A stretch of DNA of 64,000 nt, from positions 1 to 64,000 of IMG/VR virus record IMGVR_UViG_3300033141_005269; one strand, written 5' to 3'. Both the position numbers and the translations under genes were made by a program. The DNA is from a virus. Shown here one piece after another: positions 1 through 8,617 of the stretch; the stretch's first letter is position 1; each line of letters begins with the position of its first letter. The notes under the pieces are model-generated. The model did no database searches and had not been told where the DNA came from. It saw only the letters and a list, made by a program, of their open reading frames with translations.

Positions 1-25
1 AACAATTCCACACGAAAGCGTAATA

Positions 26-601
26 TTGATCAATGAATTAAACCCGAAGGATCGAGTTTTAGACCTTGGCTGCGGGAATGGCTGGGTGTATCACGATGTT
101 TTGCTACCAGCTGGATATGATGGAGAATATGTTGGTTATGATGATGACAAGAGCCTAATCGCGAAAGATTTCAAACTTTATCACGACTGGGACGAGTTAG
201 TTCGAAATGAGGAAAGATTCGATGTTGTAATAATCTTCAATTTGTTAGAGCATCTAGATTTCGAACACGTTATCAATTGGTTAGAATTTATAAGTAAGAA
301 TTTGATGAAAAAGAAGAGCAAAATGCTCATTTTGACCCCGAACGTCTTTTGCTTCGATTATCTGTTTAAAGACCCTCAACACAAAACGTTTTGGTCGTTC
401 GAGGCACTGTACGGATTACTAAAGGCGCTGAACTTCGACAAAATTAGTATGTGGAGATGTAAAGGCTATCACCAACTTCGAAAAGGGATATGGAATGAAC
501 GTCAAATAGAAATTTGCAAAGCCTTGTTTTTGGACTGGTATGGAAATATTCTCGCACTTGGAGCAAGAGGAAAAGAAAATGTGCAAGCTAGGACTTCATA
601 A
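26..601 (+). CDS. Class I SAM-dependent methyltransferase
   Basis: VLDLGCGNG motif I; FDVV..LLEHL; ILTPN. Confidence 0.85.
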   Translation: MINELNPKDRVLDLGCGNGWVYHDVLLPAGYDGEYVGYDDDKSLIAKDFKLYHDWDELVRNEERFDVVIIFNLLEHLDFEHVINWLEFISKNLMKKKSKMLILTPNVFCFDYLFKDPQHKTFWSFEALYGLLKALNFDKISMWRCKGYHQLRKGIWNERQIEICKALFLDWYGNILALGARGKENVQARTS

Positions 602-811
602 ATGGAAATATATAAACAATGTTATGCGATACTGCGTTAAATGTTGTTTAGTAGAACATTTCGAGAATGGGAAATGGGTGAGGAGTGAAATTGGAAATTA
701 AACATATTTTCGCTGAAACAACAACGACTGATGGAAAGCGAGTTCTGCTAGCTGGAAGGCCAAATGGTGCAACTGGAGATGTTGAGGAAATAATTATCGA
801 GGAGATAAGGC

Positions 812-1705
812 ATGAAAATTTTCTTATTGAGTAGTTTCAGCTTTGGAGAATACGGAGTATTAGTTTATTACGCTTTGCGAGATTTGGGACATCAAGTCTT
901 CGCCTTTGATTATCGAAAAACTCTTGCGCAGTTCGGCGAAGAGGAGATGAACTATAGATTCATAAAAAGTGCGCTTGCTTGGGAACCCGATGTTTTATTC
1001 GCGATAAAAGCTGAATGGATGAGAAAAAACGTTCTTGATTTGTTATCATGCAGAAAAATTTTGTGGTTTCCGGATGCTGGGACTAGATATGCTCGCTTTG
1101 AACAGATTAAGGACAGCTTTGATGAAGTTTACATGACAGAATTCGGTAGGGGATATGATACCTTGTATCCGGGGGCATACCCACCGGTCCATCGCGAGGT
1201 GGAGTTGAAGGGAGACGACCTCTGGAAATACAAGACCGATTGCGTCTTCGTTGGTACAGCACATCCACAAAGAATTAAAAGTTTCCGGAAGTTAATCAAT
1301 GGTCTTTCTGTTAGAATGAAAATTTGGGGTAATGGTTGGCCAGAAGATTTTCCGTATTATGCTGGCGGACCGAAATATTTCCTCGAATTATCAAAAGCAA
1401 TTAGTGGCGCGAAAGTTGTGATAAATTTTCATTATGATTGGCCATACACGCCGAGTATTCGAGCTTTCGAGGTTACTGCCTGTAAGCGCTGTTATATTAG
1501 CGAAGAAGGAGAAGGACTAAATAATTGTTTCGAGCCGAACAAGGAGTATGTTCTATTTAATACTATTGAAGAAGCTCGAGAAAAAATCAAGTATTATCTG
1601 GAACACGACGATGAACGAGAACGAATTGCGGAGAATGGATATAAGAGATGTATGCGAGATCATTTATTAACAAAAAGATTAGAAGGAGTTTTGAGAAATG
1701 GTTGA
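812..1705 (+). CDS. Glycosyltransferase, CgeB/Glyco_trans_1_2-like
   Basis: VFVGT..R, IWGNGW, RAFEVTAC, YYLEHDDERERIAENGY. Confidence 0.85.
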   Translation: MKIFLLSSFSFGEYGVLVYYALRDLGHQVFAFDYRKTLAQFGEEEMNYRFIKSALAWEPDVLFAIKAEWMRKNVLDLLSCRKILWFPDAGTRYARFEQIKDSFDEVYMTEFGRGYDTLYPGAYPPVHREVELKGDDLWKYKTDCVFVGTAHPQRIKSFRKLINGLSVRMKIWGNGWPEDFPYYAGGPKYFLELSKAISGAKVVINFHYDWPYTPSIRAFEVTACKRCYISEEGEGLNNCFEPNKEYVLFNTIEEAREKIKYYLEHDDERERIAENGYKRCMRDHLLTKRLEGVLRNG

Positions 1706-2762
1706 TGTTATCTATACTGGGAAAGTTGAGTTGGGCGGGGCCGGAATTGGAAAAACTGCGCTTCATCAAGTTAAACCTCTTATCGAGAAGAATTTGTTAA
1801 AAAGAGCCTATGTTGCGAATACTGTTCCAGAGTTCAAAGAATATGTAACGATTATACCAACGGTTAAAGCTGACTATGCGAGCCAGGACCTTATGTTTGA
1901 CTCAGTAACTTCTTTAGTTGCTCAATCATCCAAATTATTACAGAGTTGGTTATCGCACAGTTTATTTACAATGCAGAGCTTGAACTTTGAATACAAGGTA
2001 GTTAATTGCTTCAGTGCTCATGTCCAAGAACAGGAAGAATTAATCGAAAAAGCGATTGGACCTACAATGATTATTCATCCACTTCTAAAAGAGAAAATTA
2101 TTCGAGAAATGAAGCTCGCGACGCATATTTTATGCCCTTCAGAATTTGTTTTCGAGAGTTTGAAAAAACACGGACTTGCATCGAAAGCTCAGATAATTCC
2201 ATTTGGTGTTGACACAGAGAAGTTTGTTCCTGGAAAGAAACTAGATGAGAAGTTTCGAATATTATTTATTGGAAGAAACTGGATAAGGAAAGGATTAATT
2301 TATTTGCTAAGTGCTTGGAACGAACTTGAATTGAAGGATGCAGAATTACTCGTCATAACTTCCAAAATACCAGAACAAGTTGAACTACCTCCAAACACTC
2401 GAGTTGTTGAATGGGTTGACGATATTATCGAAACTTATCAAAACTCCGATGTATTTGTCTTGCCCGCAATAGAAGACGGATGCCCACTAGTTACTTATGA
2501 GGCGCTGGCTTGTGGTTTGCCCGTAATTATAAGTAAGACAACTGGAACGAAGCAGCATGTTTGGAATGGAACTAATGGCTTCGTGATTGATTCAGGCAAT
2601 GTTTCAGAGATTGCAGATCGAATAAAATTTCTTTACGAACATCGAAACGAGCTTGCTGAAATGAAGAAAAAGGCTCGAGAAAGCGTTATGGGCTTAACAT
2701 GGAAGAGTTTTGAAGAGCAATATGCGAAATGGATCCAAGGCATATTAAATGGTAATTTTTGA
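1698..2762 (+). CDS. GT4 family glycosyltransferase
   Basis: IPFGVD, RKG, DVFVLPAIEDGCPLVTYEALACGLPVI. Confidence 0.9.
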   Translation: MVDVIYTGKVELGGAGIGKTALHQVKPLIEKNLLKRAYVANTVPEFKEYVTIIPTVKADYASQDLMFDSVTSLVAQSSKLLQSWLSHSLFTMQSLNFEYKVVNCFSAHVQEQEELIEKAIGPTMIIHPLLKEKIIREMKLATHILCPSEFVFESLKKHGLASKAQIIPFGVDTEKFVPGKKLDEKFRILFIGRNWIRKGLIYLLSAWNELELKDAELLVITSKIPEQVELPPNTRVVEWVDDIIETYQNSDVFVLPAIEDGCPLVTYEALACGLPVIISKTTGTKQHVWNGTNGFVIDSGNVSEIADRIKFLYEHRNELAEMKKKARESVMGLTWKSFEEQYAKWIQGILNGNF

Positions 2763-2984
2763 GCATTTTAAAAGAAGGGCAAAATCAGAATATTTTGACG
2801 AAAGAAGAACGTAGAATGCTCCTTTTGTTATAAAATTATAATGACTTGCGATCATAAGTGCATATTTTGAAGCCGCGGAACCTAGATTTCCCGATTACAA
2901 AATTTTAGGGAGTACTTGATACGGAAAAGATAAGGAATATTTAAATATCAAAGAATAACTAAGGAGTATATGAGGTGATTAAAT

Positions 2985-3158
2985 ATGGAAAATCTAGAAG
3001 TTGCAGAAAATCTGAGGTTTCTGAAGCTTACTTTTACATGTCCTGAGAACCTAATCGAGGGGTTAGATAAACTCTGTAAAGCTAAAGGGTACCATCGAAG
3101 CGAAGCGATAAGAAGTGCGATAAGAGATAAACTCGATCGCGAAAGAATCAAGTATTGA
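2985..3158 (+). CDS. Ribbon-helix-helix (CopG-like) regulator, 57 aa, below the ORF-track cutoff
   Basis: Manual translation MENLEVAENLRFLKLTFTCPENLIEGLDKLCKAKGYHRSEAIRSAIRD; GAGGTG SD. Confidence 0.8.
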   Translation: MENLEVAENLRFLKLTFTCPENLIEGLDKLCKAKGYHRSEAIRSAIRDKLDRERIKY

Positions 3159-3252
3159 GGGAACAGACCCTTCTCGAGAACTACAACTTCCTTTATTTTT
3201 TACTCGAAATGTTTAAATAATTGTATGTCTTAAAGTTATATCGGTGAAACAA

Positions 3253-3402
3253 ATGCCAACACGGGTTGTTCATGAGAAGAAAGTAATTTTTAGAATGTCC
3301 GTTGACCTATTAGATAAGCTTGATCGTTACTGTGAAGCTTATGGTTATACTCGAAGCGAAGCAATACGGAAAGCTATCAGATCATTGGTCGGTATAAAAT
3401 GA
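3253..3402 (+). CDS. Ribbon-helix-helix regulator, 49 aa
   Basis: Manual translation includes [33 protein letters not shown]. Confidence 0.8.
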   Translation: MPTRVVHEKKVIFRMSVDLLDKLDRYCEAYGYTRSEAIRKAIRSLVGIK

Positions 3403-3671
3403 TCTTGTCATATGAAGATGAGATCGCGAATGAGCTTGGAATAACGGAAGAAACCTTTGTTGGGACTATTGAAGTTATTGGCAGGCGTTTGAATATCTGT
3501 CCTTATGTAATTGACCTTAGGAACTTACGGAAGATTATTCGAAAGGCTAGTAAACTCGGATATCAAGTTGCTTTACCGCGAGCTGTTTTGAGTAACTCGA
3601 AAGTCTTAAGAATTAAAGGCTTTTATAAAACAGAGAATTTTTGGGTATTGGAACCTCAAGAGAAAAGATGA
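3399..3671 (+). CDS. Hypothetical protein
   Basis: ATGA overlap with the upstream RHH gene. Confidence 0.5.
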   Translation: MILSYEDEIANELGITEETFVGTIEVIGRRLNICPYVIDLRNLRKIIRKASKLGYQVALPRAVLSNSKVLRIKGFYKTENFWVLEPQEKR

Positions 3672-3964
3672 GGATAACGCTCCTTTATTTTTCTATATTC
3701 CTCAACTTCATCGAGAAGACGATTTATTAACTCGTTCCACTTTTCGCCGAAGAATCCGAAGCGTTGAAGACGAATTTTTGTTCCTGTTCGAATCGAGATA
3801 GTTGTAATTTTCCAGTCTGGAAACTCGATATCTAAACTCGGGTTTCGTTCGTGTTCGAGTCTATGACAGCGAGAACAAAGCGGAATGAATTGCTCCGGAG
3901 AATGAGCTATCCAGTGAACTTCAATATTTTTGCGAGAACCGCAATTGCGACAAACTCGATCCAA
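3656..3964 (-). CDS. HNH-like Zn domain with a C-terminal DNA-binding-like domain
   Basis: CRNCG..EVH..LCSRCH; TTISIR...LINRLLD. Confidence 0.6.
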   Translation of the reverse strand: MDRVCRNCGSRKNIEVHWIAHSPEQFIPLCSRCHRLEHERNPSLDIEFPDWKITTISIRTGTKIRLQRFGFFGEKWNELINRLLDEVEEYRKIKERYPHLFS

Positions 3965-4077
3965 GCCTAACCCATGTGAAAATAAGTATTGTTTAATTAA
4001 TAAAAATTGCTATTTGCAGAAACTTTATAAAGTAAGTTTACAAGAACTTCGAATGAATAAATTAGAGGTGGAAATGA

Positions 4078-4869
4078 ATGAGTGTAGCGAAAAGAGCCTG
4101 GTTACCAGAAGAAATTCAGTTATTGAAGTCAGAGTATGCCACTAACTCGCTTGATGAACTCTGTAAAGTAATAGGTCGTCATAGCCGAAGAGCGATACGA
4201 CAAAAAGCTTATACACTAAACTTAAGAAAACATCCTTGGAAATACGAAGTGAATCATAACTTTTTTGAAGAATGGAATGAAGAGATGGCTTATATCTTAG
4301 GCTTTTTCTGCGCCGATGGTTGTCTGAAAGATAGAAACAGGATTAATTTTTCGAATTGCGAATATGAAATAATTCGTCTTATAAAATTGGCTTTACAAGC
4401 TGAAAATCCGATTTATGAATTCAATCGAGAAAATAGAAAAACACTTTATGTTTTGGAATTTACTTCTAAGAAAATTAAAGAAAAACTCGAAGAGATTGGA
4501 TTGACTGAAAAGAAATCCTCTACTCTCAAATTTCCAAAAGTTCCAATTGATTATTTGAAAGATTTTATTCGTGGATTTTTTGATGGCGATGGGGGACTTC
4601 ACATTTCGAAACGAAACAATCAACTAATTATTTACTTTGCTTCTGGCTCGGAAGCGTTTATAAAGAGCTTGGAAAAGAAATTACGTTGCAAACTCAAATT
4701 GAGAGAAAAGAAAATAAACTTTCGAGGAGGAGTTTATAGATTGAGGTATTATTCAAACGAAGCGAAAACAATTCTATCTTGGTTATATGAAGGCGCTTCA
4801 TTATTCATGAAATCGAAATACGAAAAGTTTATGGTCCTATCGGACATAAGAAGAAACAAAGGAGGTTAA
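4078..4869 (+). CDS. Free-standing two-motif LAGLIDADG homing endonuclease
   Basis: YILGFFCADG and FIRGFFDGDG motifs. Confidence 0.9.
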   Translation: MSVAKRAWLPEEIQLLKSEYATNSLDELCKVIGRHSRRAIRQKAYTLNLRKHPWKYEVNHNFFEEWNEEMAYILGFFCADGCLKDRNRINFSNCEYEIIRLIKLALQAENPIYEFNRENRKTLYVLEFTSKKIKEKLEEIGLTEKKSSTLKFPKVPIDYLKDFIRGFFDGDGGLHISKRNNQLIIYFASGSEAFIKSLEKKLRCKLKLREKKINFRGGVYRLRYYSNEAKTILSWLYEGASLFMKSKYEKFMVLSDIRRNKGG

Positions 4870-4904
4870 AAAATGGGAGAGTTGAAAAGTGAGGTGACCT
4901 TCCC

Positions 4905-5304
4905 ATGAGTGTTGCCAAATGAGCTTTGAGGAAACCTCAAGCTCTGGTTAAGAGCTTGGGAAGGCCATATCAAGAAAGACGGATCGGAAATCGGTTTCGC
5001 GGAAGGAAGTATAACTATAGATCGTGGACTGCAAACGTTTTATGAACTCGGAAATTATGATCTGGCGGCTAGACGAGAAACAGCTCGCGAAATAACAGGA
5101 ACAATTGATCATGGGTTTATAGATCCCACGCTGTTTGGTACTTTAGCTACGGGAAATAACATGACAACTTTCCAAATCGAAATGAGTACTGCTGACGGGC
5201 GCTTTACCCTGAGCGGATGTACAATCGAAAGCTACGACTTCGATATTCCAACTGATGGTTGGATAACTGAAAGCATAGATTTCAGAGCTAAGGGATTTGG
5301 ATGA
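4905..5304 (+). CDS. Tail tube-like protein 1, spliced join(4905..4919,4951..5304), 122 aa
   Basis: GAGGTG SD before ATG 4905. Spliced product is MSVAK|RAWEGHIKKDG. Its C-terminus FTLSGCTIESYDFDIPTDGWITESIDFRAKG parallels the next gene (FKFSGCYIESLDQDNAADDWSTFSVDLRALG). Confidence 0.8.
4920..4950 (+). other. 31-nt BHB intron in the tail tube gene
   Basis: GCCA/UGGU central helix, bulges AAU and UAA, intron hairpin GAGCUU(U)GAGG-AAA-CCUCAAGCUC. Removal deletes an in-frame TGA and fixes the frame. Confidence 0.85.
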
Positions 5305-5315
5305 GGTGATTAGAA

Positions 5316-5726
5316 ATGAGCGTGCAGACTGGAAAAGATGTAGAGGTTTATTATCATAATGGAGCTTTCGCTGATTTGTTTGCGTCTGGAACACTGATTG
5401 GATTAGCTGAAACTGCGACTTGGAGCATGGATGAAGGACTCGAAGAATATCATGGCGCTGGTAAGCGATTACCATGGGGTATTGCACCTGGTCCAAAAAG
5501 TGTAACCTTAACACTCGAAGGATTATGGGTTGAGAGCGGAGCACAGAAATTTTTCATGGACGAAATAGTGAAAAGCGGAGCAACAAATCAATTCCATGTT
5601 GGAATAAGTGGTTTAGATCGCGCCTTTAAGTTCAGTGGTTGTTATATCGAGAGCTTGGATCAAGACAATGCAGCAGATGATTGGTCAACTTTCAGTGTGG
5701 ACTTACGTGCACTTGGGATAAGCTAG
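5316..5726 (+). CDS. Tail tube-like protein 2
   Basis: Beta-rich, 136 aa, immediately before the chaperone and tape measure genes. Confidence 0.7.
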   Translation: MSVQTGKDVEVYYHNGAFADLFASGTLIGLAETATWSMDEGLEEYHGAGKRLPWGIAPGPKSVTLTLEGLWVESGAQKFFMDEIVKSGATNQFHVGISGLDRAFKFSGCYIESLDQDNAADDWSTFSVDLRALGIS

Positions 5727-5735
5727 GTGGAATAA

Positions 5736-6152
5736 ATGTCTAAGGAAGAGGAAAGAAGGAAACGCGTAGAAGAAGCTCGGAAAAGAATACAAGCTGAACG
5801 CGAAAAACTGCTTAAAGAAGCGCCAAAACTCACAGCAGAATTATTGCAAGGAGTGGCAGTAAGCGAAGAAGTTCCAGTTCGGTTGAAGAATGGAAAATTC
5901 GCGAAGATTACAGTTCATGCGCTGAGCGAAGGTGATATGCTCGAGGCACTTGCTTCGAAACCAAATCTGAACCTTGGGAACTTGACGATCAGTGATTATG
6001 ATGTGTTAGTTAAAATCGCTACGAAAGCCACTGATTTCGATGAAGAACAATTGAAACAAGGACTCGCTTTTGGAGAAAGCGCAGTTATCGCGAATAAAGC
6101 TCTGGAATTAAGTGGCTTTGGTCAGGAGAAAGAAATCGAGTCCTTTCGTTAG
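5736..6152 (+). CDS. Tail assembly chaperone
   Basis: Lies between tube and TMP genes; ends at TCC TTT CGT TAG. Confidence 0.7.
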   Translation: MSKEEERRKRVEEARKRIQAEREKLLKEAPKLTAELLQGVAVSEEVPVRLKNGKFAKITVHALSEGDMLEALASKPNLNLGNLTISDYDVLVKIATKATDFDEEQLKQGLAFGESAVIANKALELSGFGQEKEIESFR

Positions 6153-6333
6153 AAGAACGAGTATTGGAAAAGCTTTTGCCTTTTTAGTAACAAAGGGCCA
6201 TACATTGGCCGAACTGAGAAACTGTACACACACGCAGATATTGTTTTACTTGGAAGCGTATCGCTGGCAAGCAACGGAAGAAAGAAGAGCTATGAGGCGC
6301 GCGAGAAGAAAATCACGACCAAGGTTGAAGTAA
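6145..6333 (+). CDS. Tail assembly chaperone C-terminal extension via a putative +1 frameshift
   Basis: The +1 frame is open from the TTT-CGT site to just before the TMP start and has no evident SD or start of its own. Confidence 0.6.
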   Translation, partial: FVRRTSIGKAFAFLVTKGHTLAELRNCTHTQILFYLEAYRWQATEERRAMRRARRKSRPRLK

Positions 6334-6334
6334 T

Positions 6335-8617
6335 ATGAGTATGGGAACAAGTACGTTAAGGATTATTCTGCGGGGAGAAGTTAGTGGACTCGAGGGAGCA
6401 TTAACGCGCGCCGTAATGTCTTTGACAAACTTTCGAGATGCGGTTAAGAAGGTTTCAGATGCACATCCTGGGCTAATTTCAGCTTTGACCGCAGCAAGCG
6501 CATATTACTCAGCTTTGGGCGTCGCTGTTGGAAAAGCAGTTAATGCAACGAGAGATTTTGAATACCAGATGTATAGAATAAAATCACTTTTCGTCGCGCT
6601 TGAAAGCTCAACGGAAGACGCAACGAAGGCTTATGAAGAAATGCACGATGCGGCATTGAGAATAGGCAAAACAACTATTTTCAGCGCGACGGAAGCTGCA
6701 GATGCAATGGGCAAATTAATAGAGGCTGGACTTACAGTTAATGAAGTGATGAGCTCAGTCGACAAGGTATTAAAATTCGCTGCTATTTCATCGATTAGTT
6801 TGGAAAGAGCCTCAATTATCGCAGTCCAGGTAATGCGAGCATTTGGCTTGGAAGCTGAGCAGCTTGATAAGGCGCTTGGCGTAATGACTATAGCCGCACT
6901 TGAGTCAACTGGAAGAATTTCAGATATGGCATTATCAATTGGATATGTCGCTGGTGTCGCTGGTGAACTTGGACTAACACTCGAGGAAACAGCAATGTGG
7001 ACGGGTGTCTTAACAAACGTTTTGACAACCACGACTGGAACCTTCATGCAAGCTGGAAAAGCTGGGCGATATTTGAGAACCTTGTTAATGGAGCTTTCAG
7101 AACCGAAAACAGCACGCCGCCTCGAAGCTGTTGGTATACAAGTCTGGGATGAAAGCGGAGATAAAATGCGGGATTTAACTGGTATATTTATGGATTTCAG
7201 GGATTTAGCAGGAAAGATGAGTAAGCGGGAATTGTTTTGGTTTGCAGATCAGCTCGGATTGAGCCAGGTAGCCGCAAGCGCGTTGTACTACGCGATGAGA
7301 GCCGGAGAAGAGGTAATAGGTCGTTTTCGGAAGGAATTGCAAGATGTGAGCGATTGGCAAGAAATCTACGCTGAGAGATCAATGTCGCTTAACTGGCAAC
7401 TTGAAAGGTTAAAAAATGTGACTGATGTCTTATGGATTTCAATGGGAGAAGGATTAGTTCCTTCGCTTAAAGATCTAGTTGATTCGATAACAAACCTTCT
7501 TGATCAAGGAGATTCGGTAGAAGGATTTTTGAAAGGATTCGGAGAAGGAATCGCCGAGTATACTATAAATCCGCTTGCAGAAGCGATTAAGTTCATAGGC
7601 AGATTTACAAATAAACTCGATGGCTTAGGTGTGGATGTCGAAGACTTCGGAAAAAAGCTGGGAAACTTATCAATTATTTTACCAACGCTTATGCTTATTG
7701 CAAAGTTTCTTCATCCAGGGTTAGCAATTGCACTTGGTTTATTATCCGCTGCATGGGAATCGAATTTCCTTGGGATGAGAGATGCTTTAGAACCACTTGT
7801 CGAAGAAATTTCTAAAACCCTTCCAGATGCTTTAGCAATGTTTCTTGCTTCCTTCACAACAACTGATTGGGGCGCAGTGGTCAGGAAGTGGATACATGGT
7901 ATCGAAATCAATATAAAGAAAGGTCTTTTAACTATAGCTCAAGCATTTTTACCACTGACGAAAGCCTTAGCAACCATATTACCTATTTCTGCTGAACCCC
8001 TCGAAAAATATATTGAAAGCCTGAAGCGAGATATCGGATGGGGAAAATTCGCTCCGCCAGACTGGGTACCGAACGAAATCCAAGAATATATAAATCGATA
8101 TGCAGATTGGACGAATACCGCTAATAGGTCAAGTTCGGAATGGTCAAACACCACCAGGGAAACTGCTGTAGACATAACACACTCATACGATTTGATGGGA
8201 AGCGGACTCGTCGATTTGAATAAGATTAGTAATAATACTACGGCTAACATGAACAAAAATTTGAATAATTGGAAAGCAAACCTTAATGCTGTTCTGGATG
8301 TTTACTCTGAAGCGAAAAAAGGAGTTGAATCCACTGGATTTTTAGGCGAAAGCTTACTCGAACAAATTCAACGGTCGGCACGAGATTTCCTGCAGAGTAT
8401 AGGAGCTTTCCAAACTTTCGAATTTAACCCACCAACTGGCGGGAATGAGGGAGCTTTGGGAGCTACAGGTGAAAACACAATAGTGAATACAGATAAATTG
8501 GTTAACATCGAAAATTTAAATCTTACCGGGTTTGAAGATGTCGATGCTATTTCTTCTTATCTTGGTTCTCAAATAGAACGCGAACTAAGAGAAAGAGGAG
8601 GTGGAATTCCTGCCTAA
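6335..8617 (+). CDS. Tape measure protein (TP901-like core)
   Basis: TIFSATEAADAMGKLIEAGL; helical, Ala-rich, 760 aa. Confidence 0.9.
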   Translation: MSMGTSTLRIILRGEVSGLEGALTRAVMSLTNFRDAVKKVSDAHPGLISALTAASAYYSALGVAVGKAVNATRDFEYQMYRIKSLFVALESSTEDATKAYEEMHDAALRIGKTTIFSATEAADAMGKLIEAGLTVNEVMSSVDKVLKFAAISSISLERASIIAVQVMRAFGLEAEQLDKALGVMTIAALESTGRISDMALSIGYVAGVAGELGLTLEETAMWTGVLTNVLTTTTGTFMQAGKAGRYLRTLLMELSEPKTARRLEAVGIQVWDESGDKMRDLTGIFMDFRDLAGKMSKRELFWFADQLGLSQVAASALYYAMRAGEEVIGRFRKELQDVSDWQEIYAERSMSLNWQLERLKNVTDVLWISMGEGLVPSLKDLVDSITNLLDQGDSVEGFLKGFGEGIAEYTINPLAEAIKFIGRFTNKLDGLGVDVEDFGKKLGNLSIILPTLMLIAKFLHPGLAIALGLLSAAWESNFLGMRDALEPLVEEISKTLPDALAMFLASFTTTDWGAVVRKWIHGIEINIKKGLLTIAQAFLPLTKALATILPISAEPLEKYIESLKRDIGWGKFAPPDWVPNEIQEYINRYADWTNTANRSSSEWSNTTRETAVDITHSYDLMGSGLVDLNKISNNTTANMNKNLNNWKANLNAVLDVYSEAKKGVESTGFLGESLLEQIQRSARDFLQSIGAFQTFEFNPPTGGNEGALGATGENTIVNTDKLVNIENLNLTGFEDVDAISSYLGSQIERELRERGGGIPA

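Noticed and set aside
5143-5544. Minus-strand 133-aa ORF and similar antisense ORFs (6631..7047, 17466..18029, 23310..23777)
   Set aside because: These are shadows of better-supported genes on the opposite strand.
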